From: an uncultured Acidobacteriota bacterium
GTDB taxonomy: Bacteria; Acidobacteriota; Terriglobia; Acidiferrales; UBA7541
DNA length: 64,000 nucleotides
Direction of reading: 5' to 3'
Assembly (NCBI GenBank): GCA_963784015.1
Contig: CAWAPX010000023.1
Span: forward strand, 190,229-254,228
Positions 17,605-26,487 of this stretch are shown one piece after another. A program made the translations under genes and the position numbers. Each line of letters starts with the position of its first letter. Positions within the stretch are counted from its first letter, which is position 1. The notes below the pieces were generated by a model that saw only the letters and a list, made by a program, of their open reading frames with translations, did not search any database and had not been told where the DNA came from.

Positions 17605-19215
17605 TTAATTCCCCGCGGTGGCATAGCGGCGGAAGAAAGAGTCGTTGTTCCACTGCGGCCTCGCATCTGCGTTCGTGGTATCCACCAGCAGGCGCAGAAC
17701 GATTTCTTCAAAAAGCGCGGCAGCCTGCAAATCGACTGGCTGATTTAGATCATCCGATGGCGCGTGATAACGCGTGCTGAGCCACGTCTCGAATAACTTG
17801 TCCTCGGGCGATCCCGGTTCGGCCCAGACACTCATCATCACAGACGGTACTCCATGCAGAATGAAATTGTATTGATCGCTGCGGATAAAAATATTGCGTA
17901 GCGGCATGGGGTCGGGAATGGCGTGGACGCCAACCGATTTCGCTATCGCGGTGGCGCGGGCGCCAAGAGTGGATTCGTCGATTCCCAGCACGAGCAGCGT
18001 CTTCAGCGGCACAATGGGGAGAAACATGTCGGTGTTGATATCCGCCACGATCGAGTGAATATCTACCGTCGGGTGCGCCGCGAAATAGCGCGAACCTAGC
18101 AAACCCTTTTCTTCCGCGGTGACAAATACGAATAACACAGACCGCCGAAGCTTTTCGGGGTGCGCTTTCAGCTGAGCAGCGATATCAATAAGCAGGGCGC
18201 TGCCAGAGCCGTTGTCCATCGCGCCGTTGTAGATTTTGTCTCCGTTGATCGGAGCGCCGATGCCAATGTGATCGATGTGCGCGGAAAGAACCACGTATTC
18301 GTTCTTCAGTACGGGATCGGAGCCAGACAACTTGGCGATGATGTTGTCCGATTCGATCGTCTTGCTTTCAATTTCGGCATGCGCTTTAAGTGAAACCGCC
18401 AGCGGAAAGCGCGGCAGTGGCTTACGCTCTTTGGCCAGTGCTGCCAGTTCGGCAAACGTGTGCCCCGAGCCTTCAAAGAGCTTCTCCGCATGTTCCGGGT
18501 TGAACGCAAGAACGACTTTGGTCCCGGCGAAATCCTGCATCTTTGGGTCGGCAAGCTGCATGGCAGGCGCAGTGCGATTCAGCGAGATGCGAGTCCACGG
18601 AAGGTCCATCGCAGCGGGATTGAAAATGCGAATAACGCCGATAGCTCCCGCCGCGCGCAGCGCTTTGCCTCGTTCCGCACCTGTCTGCGAATGCGCCGAA
18701 AGCGGCGCGGGAAGATCCGCAGGCGATCCGCTAATGTAGACCACCACTTTGCCTTTCAGGTCGAGGCCCGCGTAGTCGTCGTCATTTTTTTCGGGGACTT
18801 TCAGACCGTAGCCGATAAATACGAGAGGTGCTGCAACTCCCGTCGAAGGCATGTCGACGGCCGTGGAAAAGTAGGCGTCCTCGCCGAGAACGATTGGGAC
18901 CATATTTCCGGTGTGAACCAGAGCGGCAAAAGACTTTTTTTCATCAACCTGCCGCTGATCGAACTTCACAGTTTGATAGAAACCGTTCTCGCCGGCGGGT
19001 TCGAGGCCGGATTTCTTCAGTTGCTCTACGGTGTAGGCCTCCGCACGGCGCAGACCGTCGCTCCCCGTGTCGCGCCCTTCCATGTTGTCGTCCGCCAGCA
19101 CTTTTACATAATTCCACCATGATGAACCGTCGAATCGGAGCGTCGAGGTTTGCTGCGCTCCAACTGTCATGGTCAGAGTAAGCGCGCCGATCAGAATGAA
19201 ATTTCGATGCAGCAT
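17605..19215 (-). CDS. M28 family metallopeptidase with PA domain, secreted
   Basis: 536 aa with a signal peptide (MLHRNFILIGALTLTMTVGAQQ). The M28 metal-ligand regions are SAHIDHIGIG, NGAMDNGSGSALLIDIA and FVFVTAEEKGLLGS. Confidence 0.85.
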   Translation of the reverse strand: MLHRNFILIGALTLTMTVGAQQTSTLRFDGSSWWNYVKVLADDNMEGRDTGSDGLRRAEAYTVEQLKKSGLEPAGENGFYQTVKFDQRQVDEKKSFAALVHTGNMVPIVLGEDAYFSTAVDMPSTGVAAPLVFIGYGLKVPEKNDDDYAGLDLKGKVVVYISGSPADLPAPLSAHSQTGAERGKALRAAGAIGVIRIFNPAAMDLPWTRISLNRTAPAMQLADPKMQDFAGTKVVLAFNPEHAEKLFEGSGHTFAELAALAKERKPLPRFPLAVSLKAHAEIESKTIESDNIIAKLSGSDPVLKNEYVVLSAHIDHIGIGAPINGDKIYNGAMDNGSGSALLIDIAAQLKAHPEKLRRSVLFVFVTAEEKGLLGSRYFAAHPTVDIHSIVADINTDMFLPIVPLKTLLVLGIDESTLGARATAIAKSVGVHAIPDPMPLRNIFIRSDQYNFILHGVPSVMMSVWAEPGSPEDKLFETWLSTRYHAPSDDLNQPVDLQAAALFEEIVLRLLVDTTNADARPQWNNDSFFRRYATAGN

Positions 19216-19310
19216 TAGGAAGGGACTCCTTTGGGTTTTATAGAGAAGGAAGACTTTACTCTGTTTTCGGATTCGGAGGAAGCCACCACCGGCCCCCTCC
19301 TCGGTTTTCT

Positions 19311-19420
19311 TCGGAACTGCACATTCTAAAAGGTTTTAAGTCGTGTGTTTTGAAAGTGCGCATTCTACAGGGGTTACGGGCGCGTTTTGCAAAAGTGCGG
19401 ATTCTAAAGAGCTTAGGGAA
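19311..19420. repeat. Three degenerate tandem copies (~40-nt period) of an intergenic repeat with core GTGCRSATTCTAMAG
   Basis: The cores are CTGCACATTCTAAAAGG (19317-19332), GTGCGCATTCTACAGGGG (19357-19373) and GTGCGGATTCTAAAGAGC (19395-19412). Copies 2 and 3 are each preceded by GTTTTG(C)AAA. Spacing is 40 and 38 nt. Confidence 0.6.
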
Positions 19421-19430
19421 AAGACTTGCT

Positions 19431-19463
19431 GCCAAAACGAAAACGCCAGCAAGGATGCTGGCG
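19431..19463 (-). terminator. Rho-independent terminator of the SDR-DUF1330 operon
   Basis: An 8-bp stem CGCCAGCA/TGCTGGCG with a 4-nt loop (19444-19463). On the minus strand it is followed by TTTCGTTTTGGC. It lies about 140 nt downstream of the DUF1330 stop. Confidence 0.6.
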
Positions 19464-19603
19464 CCACACAACATGGAACACGAGATTACTCAAGAAAGAC
19501 TATACGCTGCGAGACACTTTTTGTCAAGAGGAAAGGCAAAAATGGCAGGGGAAAGCGTAAGAAAAGTGGGATGTCTGGCCCAACCGTGGCCTTCCTCATT
19601 TCT

Positions 19604-19891
19604 TCAAACTCCCTCAATCAATATGACGTGGTAGGTCGCCCCTTTGAAACGGTGCTCGCGTACTTTGCGGTAGGCGGGACTGTCGTACCAAGCTCTCGCC
19701 TCGGCGGCGCTTGGGAACTCGATGATTACACTGCCTTCCGTTGCAGCCCCTTCGAGATCTTCATGCTTGCCGTAAACAGCAAGAAGCTTGGCGTTATGCC
19801 CGGCGAGAGTCGGCGGGACTTCCTTTGAGTAGGCCGCCAACTCTTGCGCATCGAGGGTTTTTTCGCGTGTGAAAATCAGGTATGCGCTCAT
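19604..19891 (-). CDS. DUF1330 domain-containing protein
   Basis: 95 aa. MSAYLIFTREKTLDAQELAAYSKEVPPTL...VIIEFPSAAEARAWYDSPAY matches my recollection of DUF1330. Its start abuts the SDR stop. Confidence 0.8.
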   Translation of the reverse strand: MSAYLIFTREKTLDAQELAAYSKEVPPTLAGHNAKLLAVYGKHEDLEGAATEGSVIIEFPSAAEARAWYDSPAYRKVREHRFKGATYHVILIEGV

Positions 19892-19892
19892 A

Positions 19893-20636
19893 TCAGGCGT
19901 TCGTGCCGCCGTCGACGGTTAGGTTCGCGCCCGTAATGTATGCGGCCTCCGGACTTGCAACGAACGCGACCAACGCAGCCACTTCGTTCACAGTGCCATA
20001 GCGGCCGAGCACTGTGTTGGCCTTCTGCGGCGCTGCCCAATCACCCGCGGCGGGATTTAGATCGGTGTCGATCGGTCCCGGCTGCACGTTGTTGACGGTG
20101 ATGCTCCGGCTGCCCACCTCTCTGGACAACCCCTGCGTGAACATTTTGACGGCTCCCTTCGTGGCCCCATAGGCCGCCAAGCCGGGTGTCATGTTGCGCT
20201 CCCCGACGCACGAGCCAATGTTGATGATGCGGCCGCCGTTCTTCATGTCCTTCAGAGCGGCCTGCGTCGCGACCAGCATACCGCGGACATTGATGTTCAT
20301 CATGCGGTCGATGTCCTCCAGGGAAGTCTCCGCGAATAAGTTCGGGATGGCCGTGCCGGCATTGTTCACAAGCACGTCGATGCTACCCAACGTGGCGACC
20401 GTCTTCGCAACCGCGGCCTTCACTGCATCCGCGTTAGCGGCATCCGCCTGAATCGCAAGCGCCTTTCCGCCGCTCTGCTCAATCGCTTTGGTCACCGCGG
20501 CTGCCGCGCCGGCTTCTTTCGCGTACGTGATGGCCACACTCGCTCCATCCGCTGCCAAACGCTTGGCGATAGCGGCCCCAATACCACGCGAACCGCCGGT
20601 GACAAGCGCAACTTTCCCTTCGAGCTTCCTGGACAT
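19893..20636 (-). CDS. SDR family oxidoreductase (FabG-like)
   Basis: ATG 20636 gives MSRKLEGKVALVTGGSRGIGAAIAKRL (TGxxxGIG). It also carries NNAG and a catalytic Y-x-x-x-K (YGATKGA). The track start 20702 adds 22 non-family residues. Confidence 0.9.
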   Translation of the reverse strand: MSRKLEGKVALVTGGSRGIGAAIAKRLAADGASVAITYAKEAGAAAAVTKAIEQSGGKALAIQADAANADAVKAAVAKTVATLGSIDVLVNNAGTAIPNLFAETSLEDIDRMMNINVRGMLVATQAALKDMKNGGRIINIGSCVGERNMTPGLAAYGATKGAVKMFTQGLSREVGSRSITVNNVQPGPIDTDLNPAAGDWAAPQKANTVLGRYGTVNEVAALVAFVASPEAAYITGANLTVDGGTNA

Positions 20637-20860
20637 GGTTTTCTCCGTTGTTCCTGCTATGTGACCTTCCCTAAGATGTTTGAAACCACCGCGGCGGTGC
20701 ATGATACTTTTTTCTTTGCCTCGCCAACTTTTCGCAGTCTATAGGGAGCGATGCGCCGACGATGCTTTCCGGGCGGGTTAAGGCCCTCCGATTCACATAT
20801 CGAAGTGCACTTGCCCGGGGTGCACATTTTGCGGTACAGTAGTACTATATAAGGTGCAGG

Positions 20861-21217
20861 ATGGCTGAAGATCGACGGCCACGAAAGATTCCACTGATTT
20901 TTTATCGCGCGCGGTTTGGGAGCGAGCCGGTGCGCGAGTGGCTGAAGGGATTACCAGAATCCGAGCGGCACGCTATAGGCAAAGACCTGATGCGTGCGCA
21001 ATGGCGATGGCCTGCGGGGATGCCGCTGTGCCGCCCGCTGGGAGGCGGCTTGTGGGAGGTCCGAACGGATTTGCCAACGCGCAGGACAGCGCGCGTGTTG
21101 CTCTGCCTTCACGAGGAACAGTTGGTGGCGCTGCATGCGTTTATCAAGAAAACGCGAGCAACGCCAGATGGCGATTTGGAATTGGCACGCAAGCGGAAGA
21201 AGGAGCTGCAACGATGA
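20861..21217 (+). CDS. Type II toxin, RelE/ParE superfamily (HigB / phage Gp49-like)
   Basis: 118 aa. IFYRARFGSEPVREWLKGLPESERHAIGKDL...GGGLWEVRTDLPTRRTARVLLCL...LHAFIKKT resembles Gp49/HigB-type toxins. It is followed by an HTH antitoxin, which is the toxin-first order typical of HigBA. Confidence 0.8.
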   Translation: MAEDRRPRKIPLIFYRARFGSEPVREWLKGLPESERHAIGKDLMRAQWRWPAGMPLCRPLGGGLWEVRTDLPTRRTARVLLCLHEEQLVALHAFIKKTRATPDGDLELARKRKKELQR

Positions 21218-21248
21218 GCAAGAAGCGCGGCGGACGGGCAAGAAGCAT

Positions 21249-21512
21249 ATGGGTTCGAGCATCGACGATTTCCTGAAGCGCGAGGGCATCTTTGAAGAGG
21301 CGCAAGCACAGGCCATCAAGGAGGTCGTGGCATGGCAGCTCGACGAGGCCATGAAGAAACGGAAAATTTCGAAAAACAAAATGGCTACGCTGCTCAAAAC
21401 GAGCCGCACTCAGGTTGATCGGCTTCTTAATCCGAAGAGTGACATCACGCTTTCCAGTCTGCAACGGGCGGCGGCAATGGTTGGGCGGCGGGTGATGATC
21501 GAGCTGGTTTGA
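21249..21512 (+). CDS. HTH (XRE-type) antitoxin, HigA-like
   Basis: 87 aa from ATG 21249: MGSSIDDFLKREGIFEEAQAQAIKEVVAWQLDEAMKKRKISKNKMATLLKTSRTQVDRLLNP. The ATG at 21214 that overlaps the toxin stop (ATGA) is in a different frame and closes after 20 codons. Confidence 0.75.
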   Translation: MGSSIDDFLKREGIFEEAQAQAIKEVVAWQLDEAMKKRKISKNKMATLLKTSRTQVDRLLNPKSDITLSSLQRAAAMVGRRVMIELV

Positions 21513-21526
21513 GAGGGTCAAAGTCC

Positions 21527-21559
21527 GCACCCTTTGCAAAACCAAAACCCAAAGGGTGC
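21527..21559. repeat. 10-bp-stem hairpin GCACCCTTTG-N13-CAAAGGGTGC between convergent genes (REP-like / bidirectional terminator)
   Basis: Perfect 10-bp inverted repeat with an A/C-rich 13-nt loop. It lies between the higA-like stop (21512) and the parE-like stop (21600). Confidence 0.5.
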
Positions 21560-21599
21560 GCCACCCAAGTCAAAAGCCTGCCCCATCCAGCCATTCGGT

Positions 21600-21884
21600 T
21601 CAATCTCGCGGTGGCCATCGCTGCGCGCCGTGAACCACGTTTGCGATTTCCACCACCTCTCTCAAAATGCGGTAAACCACGACGAAGGGAAGCGGGGGCA
21701 GTGGAAGCTCTCGTGTACCTTCCACGCGACCTGCTCTGCCTTTGTATGGGAAGGACTTCAGCGAACCAACGCTCTCGTAAATTGTCTTAGCGATACGTTG
21801 AGCGGCAGGTGGATTTTCTTGGCGGATGTATTCGATGATACGGAAAAAGTCTTCAGAGGCGGTGGGTGACCAGCGAATCTGCAT
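21600..21884 (-). CDS. Type II toxin, ParE/RelE family
   Basis: 94 aa. MQIRWSPTASEDFFRIIEYIRQENPPAAQRIAKTIYESVGSLKSFPYKGRAGRVEGTRELPL...VVVYRI is the typical ParE layout. It immediately follows the antitoxin gene (21885). Confidence 0.8.
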   Translation of the reverse strand: MQIRWSPTASEDFFRIIEYIRQENPPAAQRIAKTIYESVGSLKSFPYKGRAGRVEGTRELPLPPLPFVVVYRILREVVEIANVVHGAQRWPPRD

Positions 21885-22109
21885 TTACGAGCGAAGCATT
21901 TTGTCGATGCGGGCGCCGACTTCCTCGTGAGTTAGAAATTCGCCGCGGTCGAGCTGGTCTAAACCCTTCTTCACCTGCTGACGGAACCACGCGTCGTGAT
22001 CCAGATAGTGTTCCACAAGCTGCTTGACGTATTCCTCTGCGCCGCTGTTGTTTTCTGCAGCGGCACGGTCTACTTTCGCTTGTAGCTCAGGAGGGAGATG
22101 CACTTCCAT
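21885..22109 (-). CDS. Antitoxin (ParD-like) cognate to the ParE-family toxin
   Basis: 74 aa. MEVHLPPELQAKVDRAAAENNSGAEEYVKQLVEHYLDHDAWFRQQVKKGLDQLDRGEFLTHEEV. It is directly contiguous with the downstream toxin. Confidence 0.7.
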   Translation of the reverse strand: MEVHLPPELQAKVDRAAAENNSGAEEYVKQLVEHYLDHDAWFRQQVKKGLDQLDRGEFLTHEEVGARIDKMLRS

Positions 22110-22154
22110 AATTTCTTAGACTAGGTATACCCGGAGCCAGTGTCAAGAGCCTGC

Positions 22155-23985
22155 CTAATGGTTTCCGGTTAGCGCTCCAGAAGCTCCCACGCGGGAGAGT
22201 TGGTTAGTATCGCGGATGCCGGAGGATTCCACGACCGTGTAGATAGCGTCGGCGGGCACATTTTCGAGGGTTTCGATTTTGCCGCTGGGCCAGCGGATTT
22301 CTACTGAGTCGATTTTTGTGGATTTGCCGAGGCCGAAATGGAGGCGGAGATCGTTTTGGGAGAGGTAGCTTCCGCCGCCGCGGACTTCGCCGATTTGGCG
22401 GACGCCAGCAGCGTGGATGGTTACGCGGGCGCCGATGGCGGAACGATTGCTTTTTGTGCCGATTAGTTTGAAGAGGACACGGTGATTGGGGGCGGCGTTT
22501 TGATTTACAAGGAGAGTGGGTGGTTCGCCAACGTTGATGAGGACTACGTCGATGTTGCCGGTGTTGAAGATGTCGCCGAAGGCAGCGCCGCGGCGGGATT
22601 TTAGCGGAAGGTCGGCGAGGCCGGCTTCTTTGGCGACTTCGTCGAAGGTGCCGTCGCGGTTGTTGCGCTCCAGAAAAATTGGTTGACGGTAGTGCGGGCT
22701 GTTATCGAGCGAGTCGATCTGGGGATAGACATGGCCGCAGGCGATCAGGAGATCGAGCCATCCGGTGTTGGCCATATCGAAAAAGCTTGTGCCCCAGCAA
22801 ACGTCCTGATAGCTCGGGCGTCCAACACCGGAGGGCCAGCTTACGTCTTCAAAGCCGTTCGGCGCCGGTGTTGCGCCAGAGCGCCTTGGGCTGCTCTTGA
22901 AATGTGGTGATGAAAAGGCTGAAGCGGCCGGAGTGGTCATAGTCGGCGAAATCGACGCCCATGTTGCCAAGCTGCGTGCCGTCGCCACTGAGGGAAATTC
23001 CAGACAGCATGCCGACTTCGGAAAAAGTGCCGTTGCGATTGTTGTGATAGAGATAGTTGGGGACGGAATCGTTGGCCACGACGAGATCGGGCCAGCCATC
23101 GTTGTCGTAATCGGACCACATGACGCCGAGACCGTAGTAGCCGACTTGATTATGGACGCCAGCTTTCACGGAGACTTCCTCGAAGGTGCCGTCGCCGCGA
23201 TTGTGGTAGAGCAGATCGCTTTCACCTTCCAGGCCCCAGGGGCCGCACTGCACTTGCAGTCCTTTATATAGGCAGAATTTGTTGCTGCCGGGTGCGGGCA
23301 TGTGCGCGATGTCGACGTGGACGTAGCGCGACACGAACAGATCGACGTTGCCGTCGCGATCATAATCGCCCCAGGCGGCGCCCGTGCTGAAGCCGCCGCC
23401 GCGAACGCCAGCCTTTTCGGTGACGTCCTCAAATTTACAGTTGCCGAGATTGCGGTAGAGGACGTTGCCGCCGTAGCCGGTGACGAAGAGGTCGAGCTTG
23501 CCGTCGTTGTCGTAGTCGGCGACGGCGACGCCCATGCCCCAGCCAAGGCGGGTCAGGCCGGCTTGCTTGGTGATGTCCTTGAAGGTTCCGTCGGGCCCTT
23601 GATGATAGAGGGTGACCATGGGGTCGCCGCCGTTTTGGTAGCGGTCGACTGTGGAACCGTTGACGGTGACTATGTCGAGGCGGCCGTCGTCATCGCAATC
23701 GAAGAGGCCTGCGCCGCCGCTTATGGATTCGATGATGTAGCGTTTGTCCCCGCTCGAGATGTGCGAGACCGTTAGGCCAACTGCCTGGGCGACGTCTTTG
23801 AATTTTGGGATGGGAGGAAACCCGGGACGGTTTACTTTCGGAGCCGGGAGTTTTGCGGAAGGCGGAAGAGGGACGGAAGTACTTTGGGCGCGCGCCGTTT
23901 GTGGAGATGTGGAACCTAGGAAAAGCAGAAGGGGAAAGAGAGATAGAGCCGAGAAACGCGGGAAGCGAACGCGCATTGAAAGCAT
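22155..23985 (-). pseudogene. CRTAC1 / FG-GAP(VCBS)-repeat + ASPIC-UnbV family protein, interrupted by a 1-nt frameshift
   Basis: ORF 22849..23985 carries a signal peptide and repeated FG-GAP/VCBS units (DxDxDGxxD...N.LYxN). ORF 22155..23099, in another frame, carries further repeats and the UnbV_ASPIC-type C-terminus (SNRSAIGARVTIHAAG...GGGSYLSQNDLRLHFGLG...VEIRWPSG). Together they make one typical protein. The junction is ...ALWRNTGA / NGFEDVS... near 22852-22866. Confidence 0.65.
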
Positions 23986-24181
23986 TCTAGCCTAACAGGC
24001 CCTCGGCGTGAGCGAATGTGCGCTTCGAGGAGAAGCTGTTCAAGGGCCACGAACCGAGCGCATTGGGACGGGTCCCTGCTATACTCGCGGCACGTTTTAT
24101 GGGTAGCACCGAAACAGGTTGCGGCCCACCAGGTGCGGCAGTGCGGTTCAAGAACTGCCAGAGATTGTCGAGGGCGTCTAA

Positions 24182-25252
24182 ATGACACCGACGCAGAAGA
24201 ACGCCGGTCCGCGCAGAGAAAACAAAAAAGTGACGCTGAAAACGGTCGCGAAGCATTTGGGCCTCGCCGCGGGAACTGTTTCCGCGACGCTAAACAATTC
24301 TCCCGCGGCGCGGTCCATCCCCGAACATACCAAACAACGCATACTTGCCGCCGCCCAGGAATTGAATTACCGGCCGGACTTTTTTGCGCGCACGTTGCGG
24401 ATGCGTCGCACGTTTACGATCGGCGTGATCGCCGAAGAGATCGGAGACGCGTACGGCTCTCAAGTGATTAGCGGCATTGAGAAATACCTTACCGGGCAAA
24501 ATTATTTTTTCCTGACCGTCGTGCATCGCCACGATCCAAAGCTGCTTCAGATGTATTCGCAGATGCTGGTGGAGCGAGGCGTCGAGGGATTTATTACGGT
24601 GGACACTTCCATTCTGGCAGAGCCATCGCTGCCCACTGTCGCTGTCGCGGGGCACACGCAGATTGCAGGAGTGACGAATATTGTGCTCGACCATAAACGA
24701 GCGGCGCGGTTCGCGCTGGAGCATCTGAAAGATTTGGGTCACAAAGAAATTGCTTTTTTGCAGGGCCAGGTTTTCAGTTCGGATTCCGAAGAACGGTGGA
24801 ATGCGATTTGCGAAGTGGCCGCGGAATTGGGGATTCGTATTCGGCCGGAGATGACAATCCGGATCGAGAGCAAGGTTTCCACGCCAGAAGTGGGATTTCC
24901 CGTAACGAAGGAATTGCTCGCGAGGCGTGAACCCTTCACGGCGCTCTTTGCCTATAACGATATTTCCGCGATCGGTGCAATCTGGGCGCTGCGCGAAGCG
25001 GGTTTGCGCGTGCCGCAGGATGTGTCTGTCGTAGGATTTGATGATATTCCAGGGGCGGCTTTTGCGAATCCAGGATTGACGACGGTGCGGCAGCCTTTGG
25101 TGCGTATGGGCGAGATCGCCGCGCAAACACTGGTGAGCAAGATCGAGGGACGCGATGAATACGTTCCGGAGATCGCTATCGAGCCAGAGTTCGTGATGCG
25201 AGATTCAACGGCGCGCGTGGCGCAGATTCGGGCGATGAGTTCAAGAAACTGA
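24182..25252 (+). CDS. LacI family transcriptional regulator
   Basis: 356 aa. The N-terminal HTH is [23 protein letters not shown], followed by a periplasmic-binding-protein-like sugar-binding core ([33 protein letters not shown]). Confidence 0.9.
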   Translation: MTPTQKNAGPRRENKKVTLKTVAKHLGLAAGTVSATLNNSPAARSIPEHTKQRILAAAQELNYRPDFFARTLRMRRTFTIGVIAEEIGDAYGSQVISGIEKYLTGQNYFFLTVVHRHDPKLLQMYSQMLVERGVEGFITVDTSILAEPSLPTVAVAGHTQIAGVTNIVLDHKRAARFALEHLKDLGHKEIAFLQGQVFSSDSEERWNAICEVAAELGIRIRPEMTIRIESKVSTPEVGFPVTKELLARREPFTALFAYNDISAIGAIWALREAGLRVPQDVSVVGFDDIPGAAFANPGLTTVRQPLVRMGEIAAQTLVSKIEGRDEYVPEIAIEPEFVMRDSTARVAQIRAMSSRN

Positions 25253-25307
25253 GATAAGACAGCGCTCTTCATAATTTTTCCATGCCGTTCCCGCTCTTCC
25301 CTGTTTT

Positions 25308-26450
25308 TCACGGCTTAGAAAGAAACTCGCTGAGGAGCATGTGGAAATGGTGGACGCCATTTTCACGTTTGACGGAATAGCGGCCTCGGTCGTAGGTCGA
25401 AGAGTTTAGTCCTCGCTGGACACTTCTGCAGAGCTCGATGTCTTCTTGCTGAACTTCGTCACTGAAGGCGACAGCACGTTGGATTCGTTCCCGAACTTTT
25501 TCGGAATGCGCGTCGTGGAAAAACCATTCGAAGATGGTGAGCGTTTTGTCGTGTGATAGAGGGACGATGAGGTTGGTGGAAAGATTGTCCGGATAGACGT
25601 TGAGCATCAGATTGGGAAAAATCCAGAAATACAAGGCTTCTTGAAGCCCGCTGCCCGGCGCGTAGAAGCGTTCGCCGGCGTCATCTGGTTTCATGGCGCG
25701 AATGGGCGCGAACTGTTGCGAATAGTAGCGGTAAGTGTCAGTGCGATAGTTTGCGTAATCGATTTCGCGCATTAGCCCGGGGTGCGCGATGGGAATGTGG
25801 TAGCCCTCGAGATAGTTGTCGACGTACACCTTCCAGTTGCAATCGATGATGTAATCTCGGCGCTCGACGGATTGCAGGCCTTCGAATTGGAAGCCGCGAG
25901 CTTGTTCGGGAATTTTGCCAAGATAGGAGGAAAGCGGTTCGGCGTTCTGATCGAAGTTGACGAAGATGAGTTGCTCCCAGGTTTCCAGGCGCAGCGGAAA
26001 CATGCCCATGGTGCTGCGGTCGAAGAATTCGACGCCTTCGACATCCGGCGTGCCGATCAAGCGTCCGTCGAGCGTGTAGGTCCAGCCGTGATAGCCGCAG
26101 CGAAAAACATTTTTGCAGCCGCTGCCTTGCGCGATGGGGCCGGCGCGATGGCGGCAGACGTTGCTGAAGGCGCGTAGCGTGCCTTGTTTATCGCGGACCA
26201 CAACTACAGGCTCACCGATCACATCCAGCGTGAAAAAACTTTCTGGATCGGCGATGGTGCGTTTTGTGGCGTTTGGGCCGCCACTTTCTCCGCAAGGAGT
26301 ATTGAGAGTGCCGACAAGTTGCCACGTGCGGCGGAAGATGCGGGATTTTTCAGCGTCGAGAATCGCGGGGTCGGTATAGAACTTCGACGCCAGCGTATGC
26401 GCGGATTCGATTTGTTCGTGGACGTCGAGCTTGATGGGTTGAGTGGTCAT
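25308..26450 (-). CDS. Rieske (2Fe-2S) aromatic-ring-hydroxylating oxygenase alpha subunit-like protein
   Basis: The Rieske motif is CRHRAGP...CGYHGWTY, with a mononuclear-iron catalytic-domain-like C-terminus ([13 protein letters not shown]). I prefer ATG 26450 because the GTG at 26468 lies inside the upstream terminator hairpin. Confidence 0.85.
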   Translation of the reverse strand: MTTQPIKLDVHEQIESAHTLASKFYTDPAILDAEKSRIFRRTWQLVGTLNTPCGESGGPNATKRTIADPESFFTLDVIGEPVVVVRDKQGTLRAFSNVCRHRAGPIAQGSGCKNVFRCGYHGWTYTLDGRLIGTPDVEGVEFFDRSTMGMFPLRLETWEQLIFVNFDQNAEPLSSYLGKIPEQARGFQFEGLQSVERRDYIIDCNWKVYVDNYLEGYHIPIAHPGLMREIDYANYRTDTYRYYSQQFAPIRAMKPDDAGERFYAPGSGLQEALYFWIFPNLMLNVYPDNLSTNLIVPLSHDKTLTIFEWFFHDAHSEKVRERIQRAVAFSDEVQQEDIELCRSVQRGLNSSTYDRGRYSVKRENGVHHFHMLLSEFLSKP

Positions 26451-26455
26451 GGAGG

Positions 26456-26483
26456 AACAAAAGAACACAGACTGAAGTCTGTG
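26456..26483 (-). terminator. Rho-independent terminator downstream of mmsA
   Basis: On the minus strand, the stem CACAGAC/GTCTGTG with a 4-nt loop is followed by TTCTTTTGTT. It lies 5 nt after the mmsA stop. Confidence 0.55.
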
Positions 26484-26487
26484 CTAC

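Noticed and set aside
19311-19420. Possibility that the three spaced repeats form a CRISPR array.
   Set aside because: There are only three copies, they are degenerate, the repeat core is about 15 nt with a 38-40 nt period, and there are no cas genes or leader. The array is not CRISPR-like.
19256-19634. Track ORFs of 72-161 aa in the M28/DUF1330 intergenic region.
   Set aside because: They are translations of the tandem repeat units and of the terminator hairpin, so they carry repetitive pseudo-peptides. They have no ribosome-binding context.
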